Assembly (NCBI RefSeq): GCF_018977255.1
Contig: NW_024704743.1
Span: 92,072,001-92,136,000, forward strand
DNA: 64,000 nucleotides
Source: Callorhinchus milii
Lineage: Eukaryota
Reading direction: 5' to 3'
The notes beneath the pieces were generated by a model. It was given only the letters and a program-made list of their open reading frames with translations. It was not told where the DNA came from and did no database searches. The stretch's first letter is position 1, and each line of letters opens with the position of its first letter. The position numbers and the translations under genes were made by a program. Positions 39,934-51,731 of this stretch are shown here, piece after piece.

Positions 39934-40796
39934 CTGGGGGGAAAAAGGAAAACATTACTTATCTGTGCAATACACTGCAAATATATCAATCAAATTTATT
40001 GGCCAGTGGTAGGTGTTAGAGAAATGTCAATTGGGCCATTTAGAAAAGCAATTGCAGAGGGAGGGCATGAGAGGGTACAGGGATAGATCATGTTATTAGC
40101 AGTAGAACTAGGATGGATTGCTTCTGGAAGGAGCAAACATCCAACTTGAATAAAAAAAGGACAAATGGCTTGTTATAGTGTTGTATATTTTTATGTTGGG
40201 GTTTGTTGTAAATACCAGGCTGACTCCCCAAAACCCTCAGATTCCTACTTTATTCATTTATAAAGTAATTCATTTATAAATAATGTTGCTTTTATATTGC
40301 TACTTTGGCTCCAGAGTTAAGACTTTCTTAGAAGTAAAGCCATTGTAAAAGCAGCATACTGTGCTATGCAGCCTGGATCTGGCTCTACATTAGATCATTA
40401 TTGGGAGGGGGGCTGAGCACCAGACAACAGAAATGGTAGCCAAATAAAATACAAAGTTGAAAAGAAAATAGAAGAGCGAAAAGAAGAATACTTATCCAGG
40501 TCAGGGGTAGTGGGCACCTCTTTACTGCTCTCCACTCACCAGCCATACTTCAGCCAATGCAGCTTTTAAATATAAAAGATCTGATTGGGTCTCAAGTTCC
40601 AAAATGCAGGACTTAATCCACATTCTCGGAGACTCAGATGGAATAATATAAAATTAATTGTTCCAGGAAATCTGGAAATTGCTAGTGTCAGTTCAGGTTA
40701 CCATCTTAATGTACATTCAATGTACATATTTCAGTGCCAATTATAGAACAAAATATACCTGTGAATTTGCACTAATGAAAGGGTACACAATATTAC

Positions 40797-40854
40797 CTAG
40801 TATGTTCCTCAGATGAGTTCTTGCCATCGATAACAGCAACCACCACCAATTTTC
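40797..40854 (-). CDS. TMX3: TMX3 exon: KLVVVAVIDGKNSSEEHT(S)
   Basis: ATCAG acceptor, GTAATA donor, 58 bp. N-glycosylation sequon NSS at the position of human NTS. Confidence 0.93.
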
Positions 40855-41583
40855 CTGATAAAACAAAGCAGACATCAGAACTGCATGTCAAACAACTGAT
40901 GCTTCTCAGAAAGTGGTGAAGTCTATGTTTTAAACAAAGTCTGGTCTGAATCCATTTGGAAGAATTTAGTCATCTTCGTTTAGTTTATTTTTATATTCAT
41001 GATCAACCTGGCTGTTGGTTGCACAATTGTTGTCACAGGATGCTTTCTCTCTCTCTCTCTCTCTCTCTCTGTAATTACATGTCTTCCATCCCACCCCTCA
41101 CAATTCACTGTTTTTCCCAGACAAATGTTCATATCAACACACTTCTTATCTGAATCCTAGACCCATTCAATTGGATTTGTCAATCTGGTGGATTTGGCAC
41201 TAAATGTAGTTTTGATTTGAGAATTTACAGTTCTCCTCCCACAGCAAATATGATGGTTTTAATCTGTTTCATTTTTATAGTGAATAGTGGCTAAAACCTA
41301 TTTTAAACTGGTCCCTTTCATCTATTGAATAACCTTTCCACCCTTCAAGATGGCCCTTCATCCAAGCTTCTCACAAGAAAATCTGGTTTATCAAAGCTAA
41401 TGTTTATTATTGGACCACATGCAGCAAACCAAATTAAAACACACAATGAAAAAGTGTTGTGAAGAAGCAAAAGGAGTAAGGCTCATGCAGACACAACAGA
41501 TTAGTTGGGGTGAATTGCCTGTTAGGGCTCTGAAATATTTTGATACATATTATCATAGTTGAGAAGTTAAAATCATAATTTAC

Positions 41584-41682
41584 CAGTCTCTGAAAGTTCA
41601 TACAAAGTGAAACCATCAATATAAACATATCCTTGGAATTTTTCTTTGTTCACCCATGAGGACAGATCACCATCTTCATACT
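41584..41682 (-). CDS. TMX3: TMX3 exon: YEDGDLSSWVNKEKFQGYVYIDGFTLYELSET(G)
   Basis: CTCAG acceptor, GTAAAT donor, 99 bp. YEDGDLSSW motif. Confidence 0.95.
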
Positions 41683-42044
41683 CTGAGGGGAAAATAAAGA
41701 GAAATTGTCAATTTGATAAATCATAACTTTTGTTTAGTGACAGTCATTGTCTACTATATATCTGTAATAATATCCACTATAATATCTCTATAGGCTTATG
41801 GAGTTGCTTTCTAAGACTTGTTTTGTTCAAACTAGAAAAAGTAATTATATAGCCAATGAATTCAGGATTCCTCACTATAACCGATCTGACAATATTTTAA
41901 TATATTAAAAAAAATCTGACAAACCATTGCATATGTGTGGATAAGGAAGGAATTACCCAGTGTTCAATACTGGTAGTTCCATTACATGTGGGAGAAGTTT
42001 GGAAAACATTGTTGGAACATTAAACATTACTCCTGGAACACTTT

Positions 42045-42679
42045 TTTTCCACCTGCACCACATTACCAGCCTCCGTCCGTACCTCACTCCCACAACAGCC
42101 GGAACCCTCATCCGCGCCTTTGTCCCATCCCAGCTGGACTTTTCAAATGCTCTCTTCGCTGGTCTCCCCAGTTCCACCACTCACAAAATTCAATTAATTC
42201 AGAACTCCGCCACCGGATACTAACCCGCACAAATCTCCGGCCCCCATCACACCAGTCCTTGCCAGGCTGCACTGGCTCCCAATTAATGAACGGATCGATT
42301 TCAAGATCCTTACTCATTATCAAATCCCTTCATGTGCTCCCAACTCCCTACCTATCCGAGTTACTTACCCCTCGACTCCACCATCTGCTTCCTCCGCTCA
42401 GCCGGCTCCGGCCTCCTGTTCGTCCCTCAATCCCTCCCCCATCGGCAGCTGTGCTTTCAGCCACTATGTCCCGAAGCTCTGGAACTCCCTCCCTCAATCC
42501 CTCCGCGTTGCCCCCTCCACCCCCACTCAAATCCCGCCTAAAGACCTTCCTTTTTGATCATGCTTATGGTTACCTCCCCACTCCCTCTCCCACTGGTTCG
42601 GGGTCAGACTCCGCCACAATCAAGCACTCTGGGACATTACCCCATGTCAAGGGCACTGTATAAATGCAAGTTGTTGTTG
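42045..42679 (+). mobile_element. L2 LINE 3' fragment
   Basis: FFHLHHITSLRPYLT, LDFSNAL, IQLIQNSA; GTTGTTGTTG tail. Confidence 0.9.
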
Positions 42680-42733
42680 TAAACTCCATCGGTCATAGTT
42701 CTTCCCACTTAATTAAAATATGTCTTCTTCCAC

Positions 42734-43290
42734 AACAATTACATTTGTATAGCTCCTCACATCGGAAGGACGCCCCAAGGTGCTGGACAGATAAGAGTTT
42801 CGGACCCGAGCTGGTGGTCGGGATTGGGGAGGGAGGAGGGCAGGGGAGGAAGCAGGGAGATCGAAAGCACAGTCAAAGAGGAGGGTCTTGAAGGAGGCAA
42901 GGAGGGGGCGAGGTGGAGGGACTGCGGGAAGGAGTTCCAGAGGTTGGGGGCAGAGTGACTGAAGGCCCACCTGCCAGTAGTGGGACGAGTGAGGCGTGGA
43001 ACGTGAAGCAGGCCAGAGCCCGCTGAGCGGAGGAAGCGAGCAGGTTGGTAGGGGGTTAGGAGGTCGCAGCGGTAGGGGGGACCAAGACCATGGAGGGCTT
43101 TGAAGGTGAGGACCAGAAAACTGAACTGTATCCTCTGTGTGATGGGAAGCCAGTGGAGTCAGGCGAGAATGGAGGTGATAGGGTCTCGGAGCCTTGTGCG
43201 AGAGAGGACATGAGCTGCAGAGTTCTGGATGATCTGCAGGCTGTGGAGGGAGGAGTTGGGGAGGCCGACAAGCAATGAGTTTGATTAGTC
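42734..43290 (-). mobile_element. L2 LINE 3' fragment
   Basis: Reverse complement gives LQIIQNSAAHVL...LHWLPI and the L2 tail. Confidence 0.9.
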
Positions 43291-43509
43291 AAGCCTCGAT
43301 GTAATGAAAGCGTGTACGAGTTCCAATAGCTAATTTAATTAATGTGGAGGATGTGAGAATGCGGAATTCACTGTCGGAAGCTGTGGTTGAAGTAATAACA
43401 TGAAACCTATTCATGAAGAATGGAATTTCACACCTTACAGGATTAACCAGTGAAAAGCACACACGCGTATAGAGAATTAAAAACAAAGAGTTATGCTTTC
43501 TGGACTCAC

Positions 43510-43576
43510 CATCATATACATAGTAGACTCCGTCTTTGAACACCAGGATAGAAGGCAGCTCCTGCAGGGAGACACT
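43510..43576 (-). CDS. TMX3: TMX3 exon: SVSLQELPSILVFKDGVYYVYD(E)
   Basis: TTTTCCAG acceptor (one N base at 43588 in the pyrimidine tract), GTGAGT donor, 67 bp. Confidence 0.94.
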
Positions 43577-44035
43577 CTGGAAAAAAANTCCTCACAATGA
43601 TCTCTCGCTTTTACAGTGTGAGAGAGGAAAGATCTTTGTGGGTCCACTTGAATACAATAATAAAATAAACACAAGGTATCTTTTTTAATTAACTATCTTT
43701 TTAACTTTGTTGAACCACATATAGGTTGCTATGTACAGTTCTGGTTGTCACATTATAGGAAAGATATCATAGCATAACAGAGTAAGTGTACAGATTTACA
43801 AGAATATTGTCAGGGATGAGTGGTAAGTGATTAGGGTTCGAGTTAGGATAAGATCACAGAATGAACTAATGAACTAACTCTTTTTCCTCCATAAACTAGG
43901 AACTTCAGATTTTAAAAAAATATTTTGTTAACTTGTAGGGGTCAAAAATCCATGTACTACTGTGAATAATAATCCTTAATCGCTCTAGGACGTGACCCGG
44001 CATGATGAAGCGCATTGAGGTGTCTCGAAGATGTG

Positions 44036-44935
44036 ATAACAACAACATTACATTTGTATAGCGCCTTTCACATCAGGAGGATGTCCCAAGGCGCTGGACA
44101 GTGTACAGCATTTCAGACCCGAGCTGGGGTCAGGGATGGAGAAATGAGGGGAGGGGTGGCCGATGGCATGGTCGAAGAGGAGGGTCTTGAGGTGGGACTT
44201 GAAGGAGGCTAAGGAGGGGGCGAGGCGGAGTGATTGGGGGGATGGAATTCCAGAGGTTGGGGACAGAGTGGCTGAAGGCTCTCCCCCCAATGGTGGGGCG
44301 GGTGGGTCAGGGGACGTGGAGCAGACATGAGCTGGCTGAGCAGAGGGAGCGGGGGGGTTGGTAGGGGGTTAGGTGGTCGCAGAGATAGGGTGGGGCGAGG
44401 CCATGGAGTGCTTTGTAGATGAGGACCAGGTTCTTGAACTGGATCCTCTGAAGGATAGGGAGCCAATGGAGTCGGGCGAGAATGGGGCAGATGTTATCAC
44501 GGAGTTTGGTGCGGGAGAGGACACGGTCTGCAGAGTTCTGGATTATCTGCAGCCTGTGGAGGGAGGAGTTGGGAAGGCCGACAAGAAGGGCGTTTGCATA
44601 GTCGAGCCTAGAGGTGATGAAGTCATGAACAAGAGTTTCAGCGGCCTGAGGTAGTGTCAGAGTCGGGCAATGTTACGGAGGTGAGAGAAGGCAGAGTGGA
44701 TCATGGCTTGGATGTGGGGAAGAAAAGACAAGTGAGTCAAACAAGACACCTAAGTTCCTGACTGGCTTGGTGAGTTGTAGTGTGCAACCATGGAGGTTGA
44801 TGCTGCCAGAGCCTGAGGTGCTGAGGCACTGGCATGAACCAATCAGGAGGGCCTCAGTCTTGTTCACATTCAACTGCAGGAAATTTGCCCTCATCCAGGA
44901 CTTGATGTCCGACAGCCAGTCTGTCAGTACTGATA
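44036..44935 (-). mobile_element. L2 LINE 3' fragment
   Basis: NFLQLNVNKTEALLIG, PVRNLGVLFD, LDYANAL; (CAA)n tail on the + strand. Confidence 0.9.
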
Positions 44936-45387
44936 AGGCACCATATGAAATGCAAGGATTATTTATTTATTTATTATTATTATATTAAGCGCCTTATCAC
45001 GTTGTTGATTCGCCTCAAAGCACTTTACAGAATATACTGTGAAGTGAATTGACATTACAATTTGCATAATAACGTAAAATAGGATGACTGGGTAAATAAG
45101 GTGAGAAAAGTTCAAATGATCTGTGAGAGGTAGATTTCTAGAAACAATTTCTGCTGCCTGAAAAATACAGGTAGGTGTGTGGCAGATATGGGAGCTGAGG
45201 CAGCGCTGGATGGGGCATCTTCATTGAGGTGGAAGAGAGTCACTGAGGGTGATCCACTGAGTTATATGAAGGAGGTTGTTGTGCTCATCCACAAGTCATG
45301 GATGGGGAAACTTTGTTGAAGTGGAATGCAAGAACATTTACTAGTGGTTTTAACAACTGACTTTCATAATTCACTTAAATTATTTAC

Positions 45388-45465
45388 CTGTGGTAAAGCA
45401 TCCTCTGAAGCAGAAAAGAAGTATGTATAGACAATAAGTTCTGCAGCCACCTCAAAGAACTTCTC
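45388..45465 (-). CDS. TMX3: TMX3 exon: EKFFEVAAELIVYTYFFSASEDALPQ
   Basis: CCAG acceptor, GTAAAT donor, 78 bp. ELIVYTYFFSASE motif. Confidence 0.95.
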
Positions 45466-45919
45466 CTGGTGGGGAGTAAAATTATAACATTAAGGTTATT
45501 AACATAGTTTGCACAGACATTTTTCATTCACTTCAAAAAATAGAATACAGGAGAAAATTGTTTATTAACTTTCATATGGTATTTATCCATGAAAATTAAT
45601 AACAAAATCAATGGTCCTGACAAAAACATAATCCAAAGGTAAAACTGAATTATTCTATACAAAGCATTGGACAGTTAACAATTTTCATTTGCCCCTAAAC
45701 AATGGTTTTAGGATCTAAACCTTTTGAATAAGATTGTAAACACGTTTAGGTATTATTCTCAGAATGTAGACTATACAGTTCTATAAACAAAATTAAAGAT
45801 ACTCTGCTCAAGCCTTTTCCTCAGCACTATATTAAACATGTCTGTATAAATGTAAAACAATGGAATAATTTTTTGTGTGTTTTGTAAAGTTTTTATTTCA
45901 AATAAACTTCTTTTCAGAC

Positions 45920-46019
45920 CTTCAATGGAGATTCTCCGCCAACGTACACAAAGAACACTGGGTACCTTTTGTGCCAATGATCAAACAGCTGCTGGGTGGA
46001 GAGTGTCCGAACCAGAGGC
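45920..46019 (-). CDS. TMX3: TMX3 exon: PLVRTLSTQQLFDHWHKRYPVFFVYVGGESPLK
   Basis: AAACAG acceptor, GTCTGA donor, 100 bp. VFFVYVGGESPLK motif. Confidence 0.95.
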
Positions 46020-46379
46020 CTGTTTATAAACATATTTAAGAAATATAAATAAATTGCACTACAAAATTTTAAACAGTATAAACCCAGATATCTGCATTAA
46101 TTAGGGTCAAGTCTGTTATACATATCAAGTCATCACGCGGAGTGTAAATCTGACCAATAATCTCTCAGATAAATTGGTCATTCATTCAATGCCTATTTAT
46201 GGGACCCGATTTCTGCAAATTTGCTGCCATGTTTGCCAAATACCCAGTCACTATATTTTACCCCAGTTGTCACTCTAGCTTCTCTCCTTCCATCTTGATC
46301 AGTAACCCTACCTCTGACTCTTTCTCCATTCCTCAGCTTCTTTTTCTCTCTCTACTAACTTTTTTTAGATACAGGAAAA

Positions 46380-48330
46380 AACTAAAACAAGATAAGGAGG
46401 ATTGAAAGACCGAGATTAAAACAAAACAGGACAATGTTAAGAGTATTAATAATAACTTTTATAAGTACATAAATTGGAGAAAATAATCAAGGAAGAAGTG
46501 GGGCTACTGTAAGTTGAGGAGGGTAAAGTAATAGATGAGCCTAAACTGATGATGAGATGCTCATAGATATTTGTGTCAGTGTTTAGAGAGGGATCACTGT
46601 AATGTAGGAATATATGTACAGAAACAGATAATTGATATATAAGATAAGAAAGGATTAAAGTAGATCACTAAGTTCAGTAGCAGAGGTTCTTACGATTATT
46701 TTCCAGAAGTCTAATTTACAGGGATTGTCACATAGGACTGGAGAGTGGCAAACATCACTGTTGTTCAAGAAAGAGAAAAAGGAAAAACTGGGGAACTGTA
46801 TCTGGTGAGTCTTATGCAAATTGTTGATACATTTATAACTACATTAATGATTTCTTTGTCCTACTGATGTGGAGCATTTCAAAAGATGAAACTGATAAGG
46901 GAAGGGCATGGCTTTCGTCTTGTGTTATTTTTCCAGAAAGTGGGATTAATTTAAAAACATGTAATTTAGAAGTAGCAATGGCACAGGAATGAATGGCCTT
47001 TTATGTGCAGATCTTTTCTGTTTTGTAAAGGAAAATTGGGTCTAACCAATTTGATTGACTTGAGGGAGTAACCAAGGGTTTAGATACAGGAGAAGTAGTA
47101 GATGTTACATGGCTGTCTGTGGGACATTGCTGTGCAATTTCAAATAAAACAGTCATCACATTTTACAGCAATTATTTGTCACATCTCATTACCAAAGACA
47201 TTTCGACAAGCTAGATGCTATTATAAGTGCAAGGATTAGAGTTTTGCATTTGAACATTTGGAAGGTATTTGGTAATGTGTTACATAAGAAACGTGTGGCC
47301 AAAGTCAAGGCACAAGCGAATGATGGAAAAAAACAAAATGGATAGTGCAATGATTGAAGAGGTGGCAGAAAAGGGGAATTAAAGAACGTTTTTCAAATTG
47401 GTACAAGGTAAATAGTTGGGTTCCTCAGGAGGCAGTGCTGGGACCGCTCTTGTTCTCCAAATGGTCATTCACTTTGTGGCTGTAAGAGGGACATTGCTGT
47501 GCGCAATATCAGCTGCTGTTTTTGCCCACAAAATATATAGTCTCCGCTCTTCACAATATATCCTATGAAGCGCTTTGGGATATCTTCCTAACATGAAAGG
47601 TGCTATAATTTCAAATGCAGGAATTATTATAAGAGTAAATTGCTGGAATCTATCAATTGGAATAGAGTAACTGTATAAATATGCAAGGAATGGGAAACTA
47701 CAGAATGGTTTTGCGACAGGTAGATTATGTCTCACAAACCTAATTAGACTTTGACAGAACCACAGAGGTGATAAAGGAGGATCAATCGATATCAAGTTAT
47801 ATTTTTCAGAATATGTATCACTTAAGAGATTACTCACTAGAATTAAAATACAGGGAATTTAATGTAATATTGTTACATGGTTAGGAAATTAGTTTGTAAA
47901 ATGTTTAAATCTCTGACAGGCAATGACAAGCAATATCCCCAAAAATTGGTAATCGGACTTCACTTCATATTATTGACCTGGATATAGGAGGGGATAAGTT
48001 TTTTAATGACGCAAAGATGGTGGCTATCAATTGTGAAGAGAGGACAAAATGGCAACTGGATATAGACAATTTAAATGAGTAGCAAACAATGGCAAATAGA
48101 TCTTAAAACCGCAAAGGGTGAGGTGGTACACTTCAGATAGAAAAATAGTATGTAGGAATAAGTTTTAAATTAGTAAGAAATAAGGATAGAATAGCAGAGG
48201 AATCTTAGGGTCCAAGTTTATTAATCATTAACATTTATGAGTACAGAATGCAAACAATGAAGCTAATGAGATGCTGGACTTTTTAACAAAGGGGAAGATG
48301 CAATACAGTAGGAGGCCATTTGACCTATTA
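46380..48330 (+). mobile_element. Old, heavily decayed CR1 ORF2 remnant with nested SINE pieces
   Basis: Recognisable CR1 DNA: GACTGGAGAGTGGCAAAC, GGTTCCTCAGGAGGCAGTGCTGGGACC, TCTCACAAACCTAATTAGA. No open frame. Confidence 0.7.
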
Positions 48331-48562
48331 TATTAAATGCTAGGATTATTATATTGATGTCAGTTTTTGGTCCTTCCATGAAGCCATCTATCCTATCCTA
48401 TTCCCTATTCTTTCCCGTGTCCTCTGTGGTGGTCTCAACCCTCAGTCTGATTTGGATATTCCAAGCTTGATAATGGGTTTCCACGTGTCAGACATTCATT
48501 TGCCCCCAAAAAAGAATTTTCAGCACTAAAAATGAAGACAGTAATAGTCAGAATTCACTAAC

Positions 48563-48643
48563 CCGGACACTCTGTTAGCAAATTCAATGATGTCATCTTT
48601 AGTCCGAGGTCCTTTGTAATTGTAAGCTAGGTCCCCTTTCAAC
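48563..48643 (-). CDS. TMX3: TMX3 exon: LKGDLAYNYKGPRTKDDIIEFANRVS(G)
   Basis: GCAAG acceptor, GTTAGT donor, 81 bp. Nearly identical to human TMX3 as recalled. Confidence 0.95.
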
Positions 48644-49042
48644 CTTGCAAAAGGAATTTAAAAAGACGAATCTTGAGCAAATAAGCATTGTATTAACAAC
48701 TTGACCTATGGTGGATTTGGTTGAGCATAATAGAAAACATTCAAAGAGCCTAAATAAAGGCCCAAATGCAGGCTTTACCAATAACAAATATTGAATTTAA
48801 CATAAATGTAGACCAGAGGATCAGTTAGATTTGTGCTATCAAATATACTTGTGACAAGTTCAATTTTGCATTCAACACTGCAGTACCACATTCACGACTT
48901 TTTAAAGCAGTAAATGAATTTTCATCAATATCATTTCACTTGTGCTTTCCTGTGATTTATTCAACTGTAAATCTTGATAAGCAAAATGAAGGAACTGAAA
49001 AAGGCTGTATCTGCTGGTATATAGTTAAATCTAAAGCAAGTA

Positions 49043-49373
49043 AAGTAGAACCCCATTATAACAGGCAGTTTACTAAACTAATGTTGGGATATAGAGCTAA
49101 CACTTATTTTCCAAAAAAACGCTGACTCCATTAGCAATTTAAAACTCCAGATAGCATGTGGAAAATGGTCAACTCCAGGGCATGAGGTTGACAGCACTTC
49201 CTGCAGACTGCATATGTTTGCTTTCTCCAGTGTTCTGAAGCACGATTGGAGCCGGGTATCTTCCCACGCACATGCAGTGAATGCAGAAGTGCTGACTTGC
49301 CATTGCATTCCATTATAGCATTGATCAGGATTTTACGGATCCCAAACTACTGTGTTATAACAGGGCTCCACTG
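49043..49373. mobile_element. Tigger/pogo-like MITE
   Basis: Imperfect TIRs: AAGTAGAACCCCATTATAACA on the left and CAGTGGAGCCCTGTTATAACA as the reverse complement of the right end. TA on both flanks. Confidence 0.7.
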
Positions 49374-49719
49374 TAAAGACACAAGTGACATACATAGAGT
49401 AACAAATAAAGTAACAATTATTAGTGATGCTATTTGATCTCCAGTGGATATTTGCCTTCCCTTCGGCCTCTTTTCCTCCTCCGCCCCACCCCCCCGAAAC
49501 GCCCAGGTTAAGGTTGGGTTATCAACAGATGGCAAGCTCAACCTCACTAACAATAGAACTTCACATTAAATACAATCTCATCCTGAATCCCTGTCCACTG
49601 GTCAGAAAACAGACTTAAACATCACCTATCCTAACCCTTTTATTCCTTACTATTGCTTATAAAGTAACAATTTGAGCTCAACTGTGTTCTCTCAATATAC
49701 TGACTCTGCCGCGTTCAAC

Positions 49720-51108
49720 ACAGTCGACCAACAATGGATCGCACTGTTACAGGTCAACTTCGGTCACACCTCTCCCTCCACTCCATCCTCGAGCCCCTGC
49801 AGTCTGGTTTTCACCCTGCCCACAGCACAGTGACAGCGCTTGTCAAAGTTACAAATTACATTCTCTCTACCTGTGACCACGGCTCCCTCTGCCTCCTCGT
49901 CCTCCTGGATCTCTCTGCCGCATTCGACACAGTCGACCATGCCATCCTCCTCCACCATCTCTCCTCCCTTATCTATCTTAGTGGGATTGCACTCGCATGT
50001 TTCGAGTCCTACTTAACCAACCGCCTCCATTTCATCTCAGCAAATGGTTTCTCCTCCCTCCCCCGCCTGGTCACCTGCGGCTATCCCAGGGCTCCATCCT
50101 TGGCCCTCTTCTTTTGCTTATCTATATGCTCCCTCTGGACGATGTCATCCACAGACACGGGGTAAATTTCCACATGTATGCGGATGACACACAAATCTAT
50201 TTTACCTCCTCCAGTACCAACTCCAGGTTCACTGATGTTCTATCAGCTTGTCTGGCAGACATCAGGGTCTGGATCACTGTAACTTCCCGCAGCTGAATAT
50301 GGACAAAACAGAAGTCATACTTCTTGGCTCCAGTCAACGTCTTCCCTCTTGCGGATCTAAACTCCTCAAACTCCCTGGGCTCTCTCTCAGACTCACTGAA
50401 CCAGTGCGCAACCGAGGCGTCCGGTTTGACCCCCAACTCTCCTTCCTCCACCACATCCAGTCCCTGACCAGGACCACCTTCTTCCACCTCCGCCACATTG
50501 CGCGCCTCCAACTATACCTTACCCCAAATGCAGCCGAAACGCTCGTGCATGTGTTTGTCACCTCCCACTTGGATTACTCAAATGCACTCCCCGGTCTCCC
50601 CAACTCCACTGTTCAAAAGACCCAGCTCATTCAAAATTCTACCGCTCGCATACTGAACTCGACCAAACTCCGTAGACATATCTCATCAGTTCTGGCCAGG
50701 CTCCACTGGTTTCCCATCACCGAATGGATCGACTTCAAGATCCTCACACTCGTGTTCAAATCCATTCACTCCCTGGCACTTCCCTACCCCTCTGATATCC
50801 TCACTCCCCAATTCACCTGGCGCCTCCGCTCGACTGGCACTGGCCTCCTGCTTGTCCCTCGTACCCTCCGTCTCACCATTGGAGGTCGTGCTTTCAACCA
50901 CTACGCCCAAAAACTCTAGAATACTCTCCCTCAATCCCTCTGCCTTGCCCCTTCTCTCCCCTCTTTCAAGTTCCGCCTGAAGATTTTCCTGTTCAATTGT
51001 GTTTACGGCCACCTCCCCCCTCCCCCGGCTCGAAGTCAGGCTTCGCCACTCTTAAGCGCTCTGAGCTGCTATTCTGCGTGGAGGGCGCTATAAGTGCAAG
51101 TTGTTGTA
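49720..51108 (+). mobile_element. L2-clade LINE, 5'-truncated ~1.4 kb, RT domain to tail
   Basis: LQSGF, LLDLSAAFDTVDH, QGSILGPLL, YADDTQIY, LDYSNAL, LHWFPI. Frameshifted. GTTGTTG tail. Confidence 0.93.
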
Positions 51109-51685
51109 ATGTTGCCAGACTGCAAATTCACAATTAATGCTCCTCATTCTTCCTAATAAGCTTTTATCATTAGTTAACAGGATTCTATTTTTCATTTTGT
51201 GATTGTGCTTAGTTACTTGTGTTAGACGTTTATAAGAATAAAACAAGAAATGCAAGGCAACACAACAATGGTAATCTAATTACATTATAATCTGACTATA
51301 TTACACAGAAAATGAATACAGATTTTGCCGCTTTGTACACAATTTCTTCAATTTATCCATATTATTTATACTGTGCATTTCAGGGCAATCCCGTTTTTAG
51401 GTTCCCCAGTATACAACAGGTTCACCGTAAACCCAGTTTATGTTATGTGCTGCCTGGCCAGTTTCCCATGCTGAAAGATGGCTGAGTACAAGATGCAATG
51501 CAAGCTGATCTGATAACACTGAAAACAGCCTATTTTAGTGTGCCTCTTTATAATGCGGGTCTGAGTTTATGGACCCAAACCACCATATTAAAATGGAGTC
51601 ACTCTTTACTACTAAATCATACATACATCCATACCACAATAACACATTGTTAGCAGTAATAAGAGTTGAATAATCCTTTACTTAC

Positions 51686-51731
51686 AATTTGATAGTTGGA
51701 TAACCTCTGACTCCAAATTCCGAAGCAACTC
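51686..51731 (-). CDS. TMX3: TMX3 exon: (G)VASEFGVRGYPTIK(L)
   Basis: TTTACAG acceptor, GTAAGT donor, 46 bp. cis-Pro loop GYPT. Confidence 0.95.
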
